A DNA stretch of 64,000 nt from Squalus acanthias (lineage: Eukaryota). The stretch covers positions 167,774,001 to 167,838,000 of the forward strand of contig CM059425.1 of the NCBI GenBank assembly GCA_030390025.1, read 5' to 3'. Within the stretch, counting starts at the first letter, position 1, and the number at the start of each line of letters is the position of its first letter. The notes beneath the pieces were generated by a model. That model was not told the DNA's origin. It saw only the letters and a list, made by a program, of their open reading frames with translations, and did no database searches. A program made the translations under genes and the position numbers. Positions 1 through 11,053 of this stretch are shown one piece after another.

Positions 1-140
1 ATCTCTCTCATTTACACTGCTTGAGTGACTGAAATGGCTGCTGGTGTACACTATTAGAATGCCACTTGAGCATCTGCACTATTGCATCTGCATGCCACAC
101 TTCCGTGAAATGTCTAACCCATGCCTTTACTCCCCGACAG

Positions 141-1270
141 GACCATCTACAGAGCCCCCCCCCCCACTGTCGACGAGGAAGAGGCTGAGCCGCAAGACTC
201 CTCAGAGGAACCTGCAACCTCGAGGACGCAGCGTCAGCAGATGTAAGCGCACCCAGCACCAGCGCAGATACGCACACCTCGGTGGGACCTTCGGGACATG
301 GAGTAGTTTTGTCACCGTGTATATCACATCTCACAGGTGAGCATCAGCAGGTGGTGGAGACAGGGACAGCAGTGGCAAGTCCTCGTCGGAGGGCGCAGGA
401 CTCTCCTAGCTTTGCTCCGCTGCATGTGGACCCTGTGCCTCTGGGTCATCCAGAAGGAGAGCGGTGCTGGAACTCCAGGAGCAGGTGCAGGAGTCTCTGA
501 CAGGTTTTGTCTCCAGGGTCACTGCGAGTGTGGAGAGGATGGAGGAGTCCAACTCTAACATAAGCAGTGCCTTTGTGGAGGCAATGGCGCATGAACGCAC
601 CACCACGGAAAGGATGGCAACCACCGTGGAAAGGATGGCTACCTCCGTGGTTACGATGGCTACCTCTCTGGAAAGGGTGTCTACCTCTCTGGAAAGGGTG
701 TCTATGGTAGAGGAGAGGATGGCTATGGCCATGGAGGACCTAAGTCGCCAGAGTCTGGAAAACATGGTGTATGTTCAGAATAGACTGACATCTCTGGAGG
801 AGCGATGGGCAGCTATTGAGCAGAGAAACCAGAGCTTCATGGAAGTCCTTTTGAGTAGGACTCCAGTGCAGATACGGGTCCCCATGGCCCCCTTCATGTG
901 CAGCAAGGTGCTCTCAAGCTACTTGCAAGCGCTGAGGTGGACCTGACCCATGAGAGGGAAGTTGGTGGCAGAGAACAAGGAAGTGGGGGCTCCTCTCCAA
1001 GCGCTCACACTTCCATGCCACTGTGTAGCCCTCGGTCAGAGCCCCACCAGAGTCCGCACCCAACTGAGATGGGCGTCTCAGCCCCTGCACTGCCGCAGGA
1101 TGAGCAGACGTTTGATGAGCCCTCACAGGCTCGGAAACCCAGAGGCAGCCTGCCAAAGTTATCGAAGCAGGAGCAGCATGAAAGTGAGCAAGGGGCCTCC
1201 ACTTCTGCTGAAGCCACAGGGGGGAACACCACGTAGGAGCACGCGTAAGAGAAAAATAAAGCACCATTAG
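141..1270 (+). pseudogene. Last exon of Harbinger Myb/SANT-like partner gene (acidic region, coiled-coil heptads, basic C-terminus RRSTRKRKIKH), frameshifted
   Basis: Acceptor ...ccccgacag at 140. Collinear with exon 3 of the copy at 36914-37953. ORFs 464-946 and 898-1236 and the end of 950-1270 are pieces of one reading frame. Confidence 0.85.
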
Positions 1271-1527
1271 TCACAGGGGTAGGCACTTGGGTGACTGTTT
1301 CTGTTTCTTGTTGAAATGCCATCCCTGTATGAATGTATTAAAATGAGGTGATGGCAAACTGTTGGCGTGATGGCATCTGTTATTTTGGCTTAGCCAGCTC
1401 CATATTGCAGGCTCCGCGACACTTGCGTGGTCAGGTTGGTGGTCAGAGTGAAAGGAGGCCAGAGAGTCATGTCCATTGTCTATCATGTGTTAAGAAGGAG
1501 CCAAGCACATGTGCCACAATGGGCAAC

Positions 1528-2758
1528 CTATGCAAATCTGGCCAGGATGAGTGCATCCCTTGCATCACGGGCAGCCATGTGCTCACGTGCTGCCGCTGCT
1601 GCTGGTAGATACGCCGCCGCTCAGGTCCTCCTCTCCTCCTCCTCCTCCTCCTCCTCATCTGAGGAGGCTATATACTGAGCCACTTGCTCATCAGGAAGCT
1701 GCAAGCCACGGTGCTGTGCCATGTTGTGCAGTGCATAGCAGACCATGACCATTCTGGAGACCCTGGCTGCTGAATACTGCAGGGCTCCTCCTGATCTGTC
1801 GAGGCATCGGAATTGCATCTTCAACAAGCCAATGGTTTGCTCGATGATGGACCTGGTCAAAATGTGGCTGGTGTTGTAGTGCTCCTCAGCCTCGTTAGCT
1901 GGCCTCCTGATTGGCGTCATTAGCCATTTCTTCAGGGGGTAGCCCTTGTCACCAAGGAGCCACCCATTAAATTGGTTTGGCAGATTGAAGAGCGGAGGAA
2001 CACTAGAGTTCCGCAGGATGAACGAGTCATGGCAACTACCACAGAACTTGGCGCAAACATGTAAAATCTCCTTCTTATGATTACACACCAGCTGTACGTT
2101 GAGGGAGTGGAAGCCCTTGCAGTTGACAAAGATAGCTGGGTTGTGATGGGGTACCCTAAGGGCCACATGTGTGCAGTCTATGACGCCCTGCACCATTGGC
2201 AAGCCTGCCATATTTGCAAAGCCAACTGAATGCGCGGTCACACTTGCTTGATCTCTTGAGAAGTGGATGTAATTGTGCGCCTTTGCGAAAAGGGTATCGG
2301 TAACCTGCGTGATGCAATTGTGGGCGGCCGACTGGGAGCATCGCTGATGTCTGCTGATGATCCCTGGAAGGATCCTGAGGCAAAAAAGTTGAGTGCGGTG
2401 GTGACTTTGACAGCCACTGGTAAGGGGTGTCCACCCGCTCCTCTGGGCTCCAGGTGTTGGTGCAGCAGTGCGCAGATCTCTCGACAACCTCTCGCGAAAC
2501 TCTCAGCCTCCTTTGGCACTGCTGCTCACTCATGTTGAAGTAGCTCATCCTCTGTCTGTAAACCCTGAGAGGGGGGTATCTCCTGCGGTGACGTGCTGCC
2601 ATGCGCTGGCGCCTTCTGCCCTGTGCAGCATCAGGTGGCTGAGCAGGAGGTTGGCGCTCCTGCTGCTGTTGCTGCTGAGCTGCCTGGTTCTGCTGCTGCC
2701 GTGGCTGCTCCTCATCCGAATCTAAGGTCCATGATGAAAGGAAATAAATGGTTCCCAT
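1528..2758 (-). pseudogene. Harbinger (HARBI1-like) DDE transposase, frameshifted
   Basis: Motifs [37 protein letters not shown] and [14 protein letters not shown] in ORF 1621-2487; N-terminus in 2156-2830; [11 protein letters not shown] in a third frame. Confidence 0.93.
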
Positions 2759-3285
2759 GCTGCTGGCAGATACCTCCGTTGGGGAAGCACTCAGTCCAAG
2801 TGGCGAGAGGGTCTTCCAAGGAGGTCCCACAGTTGTGAGATAGAAGCTGCAGCACCTCCGACTTCGGTAGGCCTGCTAAAAGTGCTGAAAGACCAATGGA
2901 ACAAAGGTTCTGCCACCTGCAACTGCTCCCTGATGAAAGCTCCGTTTTAATGGTGGAGCTGCAGCTGTGAGGAGGCCACCCACTTGTCGACCCGCCAGGA
3001 TTAGCTGGCGTGGTTTAGGAGGGTCGTGCAACACGCACAAAATGTGGCAAAATAACAAGGGCCTGTCAAAATCAGCTTATAGAGGCCCTTAACGACTATT
3101 TAAGGGTCTTAACTACCTCTCCCGACTGATGGAGGCGGGACCGAATCGCACCCATGAAACCCGCCTCCGGCAAAATTGCACGGAGGCGGGTTGGAGGCGG
3201 GTTCCGAACCCGCCCTCACTTTTTGCGATTTTCCCAAATGTCCCGCCTCTAAACCCGCCTCCTCAGAGCTGGGAAAATTGCGGCC

Positions 3286-4500
3286 CTTGTTTCTCCTTTC
3301 TAATGCTACATCCTGGTGCCCATCCCCCTGCCAAATTAGTTTAAACTTTTGCACTAGCAAACCCCACCGCAAGGATATTGGTCCCGGTTCTGTTGAGGTG
3401 CTACCCATCCGGCCTGTACAGGTCCCACCTCCCCCAGAACTGCTCCCAATGTCCCAGGAATCTAAAGCCCTCCCTCCTGCACCATCTCTCCAGCCATGCA
3501 TAATCTGCTCTATCCTCCTATTTCTCTACTCACTAGCTCGTGGCACCAGGAGTAATCCAGAGAATACTACCTTTGAGGTCCTGCTTTTTAATCTCTTTCC
3601 TAGCTCCCTGAAATCTGCCTGCATGACCTCATTCCTCTTTCTACCCATGTCGTTGATACCGATATGGACCACGACCTCTGTCTGTTCACCCTCCCCCCTC
3701 AGGATGTTCTGCAGCCGCTCAGTGACATCCTTGACCCTGGCACCAGGGAGGCAACATACCATCCTGGAATCACGTCTGCGGTCGCAGAAACGTTTGTCTG
3801 TTCTCCTAACTATTGAATCCCCTATCACTATTGCTTTCCCGATCTTCCTTCTCTACCCCCACCGTCCCCCACCCCCCCGCCCCCCCCCCCCCCCCCCCCC
3901 CCCTGCCGTACAGCTGAGCCACCCGTAGTACTGTGGACTTGCCTCTGTCTGTACTCCCCAGAGGAACCATCACCCTCACAAATAATAGTGAGTGAGATGC
4001 ACTCAGGGGACTCCTGCACTACCTGCCTGGTCCTCCTTGCCTGTCTGGTGGTCACCCATTCCCTATCTGCCTGTACACTCTTACACTGCGGGATGACTAT
4101 CTCTTGAAACATGCTATCCACGTAGCTCTCAGCCTCATGAATGTACCGCAGTGACGCCAGCTGCAGCTCAAGCTCCGAAACCCGGAGCTTGAGCTCCTCC
4201 AGCTGATGACACTTCCTGCACACGTGGTTATCCAGGACACGGGAAGTGTCTTGGAGTTCTCACATGGCACAAGATGTACATTCCGTAGGACTGAGGTGCC
4301 CTGCTATGCCTCTATTTAATAGACTATTAACTAACTTAACAGAAATAAACTCAAGACTTAAAAAAACCAATCACCAGTTACACACCAATCAGTTCCTTCC
4401 CTTAGTTTTTTTTACCTCGCTCCCTGGCGCTCTCGCTCCCTCCGGGCTCTGGGCTCTCTGACCTACCTTTGTCTCCAGCCGCTCCTCTTGCTCTCCTGCA
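3286..4500 (-). mobile_element. CR1 LINE 5' part: 5' UTR and ORF1 (Cys motif/coiled coil plus SGNH esterase-like domain)
   Basis: ORFs 3828-4223 (CRKC..LEELKLRVSELE) and 3526-3828 (IGDSIVR..CCLPGARV..HIGIND) are typical CR1 ORF1. Confidence 0.88.
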
Positions 4501-4679
4501 GGTCCACTCTCAGGCCTATTAACTTAGAGCCCTTGGATTCTGTGGCTCCACTCCTCCTTTTCAGTTAGACGTCAGAACCACCTTCCTCCTCTCCACTGAT
4601 TTCCTGCTCTCACCAAATTCTTCCACTCTGCTTGCGATCCACTCCGAGTGTGATGGTGGTATATGGCGTTTGATGCATT

Positions 4680-5198
4680 CACTCACCTTGACCAACCGTG
4701 TGAGGTCTTTAAACTTTTTGCGGCACTGGATCCAGGTCCTGGGGACAAGACTCATCAGAGTGACGAATTGAGCTATCTCCTCCTAGATCCTTTTGCTGTT
4801 CAACCTTGAAGGCCTCTTGCCCCCATGCAGGTATAGGGCATCCCAAGGCCTCTAGTGCCCGCAACTGAAAAATGTTTGCCCTTTCTCTAGGGTATTGCGC
4901 CATGCATTGTTATCACCTGACAATGAGATCCTTCTGCAACAAAGCACCTCCCCTTTAACTAATGGAGAGAGCCTAGGCCAAACTTTATTGGCCAGTAGAT
5001 TGCACCCAATATTGCCTCCTCTCCATTGATCGCTAAGCCAATCAGCAGCGCGTTTAGTGCTGAGATCAGTGCTGCAATAATGTAAATGAGCAGGCAGCAT
5101 GAATTTTGCGTGTTGCCTGCACTACTTAGAATGGGCGCAGGGAAATAATGCTGGGGGGTGCCCCTGCCCTTTCTCGGGCCTTATCCAATTTCTTGGCC
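4680..5198 (-). mobile_element. Harbinger end fragment with decayed Myb/SANT exon 1
   Basis: RTWIQCRKKFKDLTR followed by a donor. The terminus (reverse complement GGCCAAGAAATTGGATAAGGCCCG) resembles the end at 33759. Confidence 0.8.
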
Positions 5199-5297
5199 AT
5201 TGCTTCAAGTGTAGAAAACTAGCAATGGGAGAGTAAGTTCTATAGGAGTAAAACGAACTTCAGTGATATAATGAAGTGATTTCTCAATAAAGTCAAA

Positions 5298-6018
5298 GGG
5301 GGAAAAATTCGTTCGCGACCATTTTGAGTTGCTAACATCGCCTGGGCGCTAAATTTAGGGCCCAGCGAAAAATAGCGCCGGCGATCACGAAATTCAATTT
5401 TAGCACCCCAAGAGGGAGGTGGAGCGCTAATTCAAGTGCGCCACTTCCTTCTTAGAGCACTAACCCCGAATATTGGGGCGGTGCGTTCTGCAGCGCTACG
5501 CACTTGGCCACGTAGCGCTGCCGTATGGAAGGGCTCCTCCCCTCATTAAAGGGGAGGGCCCAAGCCCACAACTCTGCAGGGCCCTACCTGGACCACCGGG
5601 GAGCAGGATGCTGTGCCGGCAGCCCGGCACGGACCCCGCGTTGAAAGACACAATGAGCCGCGACAAGAAAATCAGGCCGATTTTTTTCCCCCCGCCCGTC
5701 ACCTCCCCTTTACTTACCGCCCCTCGAGCCTCCTGCCGCTCCGTTACCAGCCCCGGATCGGTTGCTGTCATCACCCGGTGCAGATACAGGGACGCGGGCC
5801 AATTTTGTAGGCGGGGCGAAAACGGGGCGCTGCGCACGGTGATGATGTCGTCATTGCCTGCTCAGCAGAGCGGGGCGCTACCGGTTACGCCGCCACTAAA
5901 CTCCCACTGAATTTAGCGAGAGTTGTTAGCGGCGTCGCGCCCGGGCGAAAGTCGTTTGCGCCCCATTAGCACCCCAGAGACGCTAACGGGAGACGCAAAT
6001 GCACCGAATTTCTAGCCC
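5298..6018. mobile_element. Non-autonomous Harbinger-type element
   Basis: Imperfect TIRs GGGGGAAAAATTCG / CGAATTTCTAGCCC; flanks AAA/AGA; first ~170 bp similar to the end at 16778. Confidence 0.85.
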
Positions 6019-6074
6019 AGAGTATAAGGACAACAAAATAAAGTTTTGCATACCCTTAGCTAACAGAGTTAAAT

Positions 6075-6170
6075 TACATTACCACAGTGACTACACTTCA
6101 ATGATACTTCATTGGGTGCCCTGAGGTGTGAAAGATGTTGTATAACTGCAAGTCATTCTTTTCTTTTTTT
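6075..6170 (+). mobile_element. SINE 3' fragment with L2-like tail
   Basis: acagtgactacacttca...tataactgcaagtc followed by a T-rich run; the tail resembles the L2 ends at 26620 and 28360. Confidence 0.5.
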
Positions 6171-6518
6171 TTTGATTGTTCCAATTGGCAGTGAATACCA
6201 AGGATAACTTGTTTTTAATGGTTATCATACTGCTGGGATGGGAAGGGAGAAATGTTATTTATGGAGAGAAGCAGACCAGGGTTGAATAGTGACAATGATG
6301 TAGGAAGAGATAAATATTCTGGAGCTTTGTTAAATACTTTTGTGAATAAGGGAGTATTTATGCAAATTTTTCACCCAGGAGACTAAATCCACACCAGAAT
6401 AGATTGCACCTGGTCTATTTAAAAAGCTGACTTGATGAGCAGAATGACCATTTGTCGTAACATGTTTGCTAATATTCTTATGATTCAGTAAATAATTGTT
6501 TAGAACTTCTTTATTCAG

Positions 6519-6585
6519 CTTTGTAAGATAATGCTGGGTGTGAAGAAAACTCCAATTAGTGATGCCAAATTGTATTCACCTCTTG
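6519..6585 (+). other. Candidate host exon (LCKIMLGVKKTPISDAKLYSPL), unidentified
   Basis: Acceptor cttctttattcag, strong donor TG|gtaagt, one open frame. No recognisable protein. Confidence 0.2.
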
Positions 6586-7334
6586 GTAAGTAGGTTTTAT
6601 TCTGCTGGTCTAACTTTTTTTTAACTTTATCATTAACTAGAGCAACCGGATCCTAGAACAAGAATGAAATAAATGTTCAGAGAAGATGAGGAACTACTCT
6701 GGTAAAGTCATACTTGCAGTGTAGGATGTTTTTAGTGGATGTGAACTTGGCTGAGTATTCAAAAAAGAAAATGACAAATTACTGATTCAGTTCAAAGAGA
6801 GAAGTTTACACTAAAACAGAAAGGAGACTAAATGAACCCTCTACAATGATGTGACTACAGGGAAGATCAGAAGCACTGAATAGCCTCTTCTTATGCCTAC
6901 TCATACAGATAAGCTCAAGCAGGGTGAAACGATTGTATACAGCAAGAAAAGAGAGAAAGAAACAATGAAGGATTAGACATAAGGGAATTAACATTTGCAA
7001 TGGGATTACCCTACATGTGGTAATATTATTTTTGCTGACTACACTATGCTACCACTGGTGGTAAAGTATCACTTATGCTCATTACTGCTAATCTGCATCA
7101 ACCAACAAAATAAACCTAGCTATAATGGGATGATCCACAATGATTAAAACATCAATTAAAGCCAGGTATTACTGGATGGAACTCCTTATTACATTTTTAT
7201 GATTATCTAAATTAAATTGGAACTAGGGATAGTAAGTCTCACTGACCTGTCTTGATACTTGCTTACAGAATCTATCATTTGTTTTCATAAATGAGAATCT
7301 GCTAATAGTCTTACAACTTCAAAGTTTTCATTAA

Positions 7335-7600
7335 TCATAGAATCATAGAATGATACAGCACAGAAGGATGCCAGTCAGCCCATTGTGCCTGTACCGGCTC
7401 TTTGAAAGAGCTAACAATTAGTTCCACTCCCCTGCCCTTCCCCTATAGCCCTGCAAATTTCTCCCCTTCATGTATTTATCCAATTCCCTTTTGAAAGTTA
7501 TTATTGAATTGACTTCTACCACCCTTTCAGGCAGTGCATTCCAGATCATAATGACTCACTGCATAAAAAAATTCTCCTCATCTCGCCTCCGGTTCTTTAT
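7335..7600 (-). mobile_element. CR1 3' fragment
   Basis: (ATCATAGA)n-type tail and CR1 3' UTR similar to 32900-33004. Confidence 0.75.
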
Positions 7601-7704
7601 AGGGATGTACTTCAGCAACTCACCGTGGTTACTATGACAGCACCTTCCTCCCTTCTGATCTCTACCAATGAGAAGGACAAGAGCAGCAATGTTGTAGGAC
7701 CGAT

Positions 7705-9682
7705 GTCCTAGGGGGAGTGTTTGCTAGTGCTGTTGGGGAGGGTTTAAACTAAAATGGCAGGGGTTTGGGAACCTGTGCAGGGAGACAGAGGAAAGGGAAG
7801 CAAGGATAGAAACAAAAGATAGGAAGGAGAGAAGCAAAAGTGGAAGGCAGAGAAATCAAGGGTGTAGATCAAACAGGGCTACAGTAAATAATAATTCTAA
7901 AAGGACTTAGGGGGAAAAATTCAGTTGCCTGCGCCTCCCGTTAGCGCATTAAGAGGGCGCCAATGGGGCGCGAAGCAACTAGCGCCCGGGCGCGGCGATG
8001 TTTGCGCCGCTCGCGAAATTAAGTAGACATTTTGCGGCGGCGCTAAACACTACCGCCACGATCTCCTGCGCCGGCAGATCGTGACGTCAGTCGAGTGCGC
8101 AACGCCCCGGTAGCGCCCCGGAGTGGATATTGACTGGCGCCCCCTGCCTTACCGCCTGCCGCTAGCAATGACAGGTTGAGGGGAGTATTTTGCAGTGAGG
8201 AAGGGACTGGGGGAGCGCTATTTAAAGGCGATCGCTTCCTGCCTTTTTTTGTTGGTGACATTTTTGAACCACGCATTCTGAGAGAGAGAGAGGGACTTCT
8301 GGAGAGATTCAACGCTGTGTGAAGGAGTTTTGGGTACTGAGCAGCACTTTGCAGGTTCATTTTGATTTGTCCTTCCTTGCATCGATTTAGAAGAGACTGT
8401 GGGGGTTGCACTCTGAGCTCTTTCCCTGGTTCTCTCCATTGTTCTTTCCAGCAGATTTGATGTACAGGTCTCTCCAGGCCGAGATTCAAGGCTGCAATGA
8501 GCAGGATGTGGATGGAAAGCAAGATCAACCCTCCCCTTTAAGAACTGGCCAGCGCCATTGTGTCTGTGTTCCATTGCTGACTGGCATCACATGAGCTTCG
8601 CCAGCGCTCTGAGTTAGCGCCTCGCTCCTCAGCCTTTGCGTCTTAAGACAGATGTGTAGCGCCTGATTTAGTGCTCAAATCACCTCATAAAAGTCAAGTT
8701 TGCAGTCGGAGGCAATAATTAGCGCCAGGCGCTAATCTTTGTGCCCGGCCGATAATTGTGCCCCAAACGGGGCGATACTGAATTTTTCCCCCTAAGAGTT
8801 TTAAAAAAACAAGCCTGATTTGGACAGGTTGGGTGATTGGGCAGATGCATGGCAGATGCAGTATAATGTGGATAAATGCGAGGTTATCCACTTTGGTGGC
8901 AAAAACAGGAAGACAGATTATTATCTGAACGGCAATAGATTGGGAAAAGGGGAAGTGCAACGAGACATGGGTGTCCTTGTGCACCAGTCACTGAAGGTAA
9001 GCATGCAGGTGCAGCAGGCGGTTAAGAAGGCAAATGGTATGTTGGCCTTCATAGCAAGAGGATTCGAGTACAGGAGCAAGGATGTCTTGCTGCAGTTGTA
9101 CAGGGCCTTGCTGAGACCACACCTTGAGTATTGTGTGCAGTTTTGGTCGCCTTATCTGAGGAAGGATGTTCTTGCCATGGAGGGAGTGCAGCGAAGATTC
9201 ACCAGATTGATACCTGGGATGGCAGGAATGACGTATGAAGAGAGATTGGGTTGATTAGGCTTATATTCACTAGAGATTAGAAGAATGAGAGGGGATCTCA
9301 TTGAAACTTATAAAATTCTAACAGGACTAGACAGACTAGATGCAGGAAGGATGTTCCCGATGGCGGGGGAGTCCAGAACCAGAGGTCACAGTCTAAGGAT
9401 AAGGGGTAAGCCATTTAGGACTGAGATGAGGAGGAATTTCTTCACCCAGAGAGTGATGAACCTGTGGAATTCTCTACCACAGAAGGCAGTTGAGGCCAAT
9501 TCATTAAATATATTCAAGAAGGAGTTAGATATATTTCTTAAGGCTAAAGGGATCAAGGGATATGGGGAGAAAGCAGGGACAGGGTACTGAATTTGGATGA
9601 TCAGCCATGATCTCGTTAAATGGCGGAACAGGCTCGAGGGGCCGAATGGCCTACTCCTGCTCCTATCTTCTATGTTTCTACG
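7705..9682 (+). mobile_element. CR1 LINE, internally deleted, carrying a non-autonomous Harbinger; itself splits a LINE fragment (7605-7700 / 9685-9740)
   Basis: ORF1-end/spacer sequence, a jump at ~8817 to the RT C-terminus (ORFs 8820-9254 and 9285-9590), and a ttctatgtttcta tail. Confidence 0.88.
7910..8792. mobile_element. Non-autonomous Harbinger-type element
   Basis: Perfect 16-bp TIR GGGGGAAAAATTCAGT / ACTGAATTTTTCCCCC; flanks TTA/TAA; shares GGAGCGCTATTTAAAGGCG with the element at 16778-20289. Confidence 0.92.
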
Positions 9683-9744
9683 TGAGACCATCATCACCTC
9701 CATGTTCCCCTCCAAGTCACACATCATCCTGACTTTACTAACTT

Positions 9745-10207
9745 TCAGAAAGCATTTGATAAAGTTCTGCACAAGAAATTAGCAAAAATAAGAACACATG
9801 GAATTGGAAGGAACTTTATGACATGGGTTGATAATTAGTTGGGTGGTAGGAGACAGAGAGTAGGGATAAAGGCTTTATCTCTGATTGGTGAATGTGACAA
9901 GTGGTGTTCTCCAGGAATCTGTACTTGGTCCTCAGCTTTTCACCATATATATTAATGACTTGGATGAAGGAATAGAGTTGTATATTCAAGTTTTCAGATG
10001 ATACAAAGTTAGAAGGCACATTAAGTTGTGTGGATGGGAGGAGGAAGTTGCAAAGGGACATAGACATACGATGGAGTTAAATGTGGGGAAGTGTGAAGTT
10101 ATCCACTTTGGCTTTGACTAGAAAAATCCACATTTTTTCTTAATGGTGAGAGGAGCTGTGTGGGAGCAAAGGGATTTAGGTCCATGTACACAAATCACTA
10201 AAAGCTA
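9745..10207 (+). mobile_element. Degraded CR1 RT fragment
   Basis: Decayed DFQKAFDKV...[15 protein letters not shown]...KFSDDTK coding sequence. Confidence 0.8.
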
Positions 10208-11053
10208 GTGCCTCACAGCCCTTTCCTCCCCCTCTCCTACTCTAACTCCTCCTCCTCCTCCTCCTCCATGATAATGGGATACAAAGTTATGCCCATAGGG
10301 AATGCTAGACCTGCTCTTGAGAAGCCCTCACTATGGATGAGTGACGGGAATCTTCCAGTTCCCAATTGCAGTAATTGCTACTCTACTCTAACTTTCAGCA
10401 CTCTTCAGACCCCAAAACCTCTCACTTCTGCTAATGTTAGCTGACATGGCAACAGCTGCACCTTAGATTTCTCATTTCAACCTATCCCTTGTGCATTGCA
10501 AGCAAATAAACCAAGGAATTTGGAGCTCTAATGCCATTGGCTCTCATTTAAATAAATTCAAACTAGGTAGCTAGGGACTAGGCAAGCAGGCCTCAGGAAG
10601 GATAAAATTGTGTTTGGAAATTTGGGGGGATTGATTATGGGGCAGAAAACGGCAAAAACAACTTCTGCCTGAACTTGCTGTTCAGGGGGGAAAAAATATC
10701 AATTGTACGCTGAAGACCTGCCAAATCTCAGGGTTAAATTTCTGATAATACTTGTACTCAGTTCCAGGTTGCACTGAGTATGCTTCCACATCATAACCCT
10801 TGGATATTAATGCCATCAGATTTAATTAAAAATAGCTGTTTATATTTGACTTGTCTGTCCAATTCCCCAAAGGTGTTCTGTCATTCTTCCCCATGTTCAT
10901 TTCAGTACCAGAAGCTTCCCCTAACAGTCAAGTTACCTTTTATTGTTCTGTGAACTGACAAGAGTTGTCTGTAATTAAAACAGCTACATCATCCATATAC
11001 ACCTAGACTTTCATATATTCTTCTTTCCCACTTGGCCTAGCAGCACATCTTGG

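Larger units (their letters stand above)
1..3285. mobile_element. PIF/Harbinger DNA transposon, autonomous-type, left end outside the window; inserted in a CR1 just downstream of ORF1
   Basis: Convergent Myb-partner 3' exon (+) and DDE transposase (-). The right end AAAATTGCGGCC matches the TIR of the related copy at 35745-39988. CR1 sequence resumes immediately after. Confidence 0.93.

Noticed and set aside
605..730. CRISPR-like array
   Set aside because: Contiguous coding tandem repeat with no spacers, in eukaryotic DNA.
1528..2758. Host HARBI1 gene
   Set aside because: Frameshifted, multicopy, bounded by TIRs and paired with a Myb gene, so it is a transposon copy and not the domesticated gene.
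3866..3903. Long poly-C tract giving Gly/Pro-rich ORFs
   Set aside because: Homopolymer expansion or sequencing artefact within CR1 ORF1.
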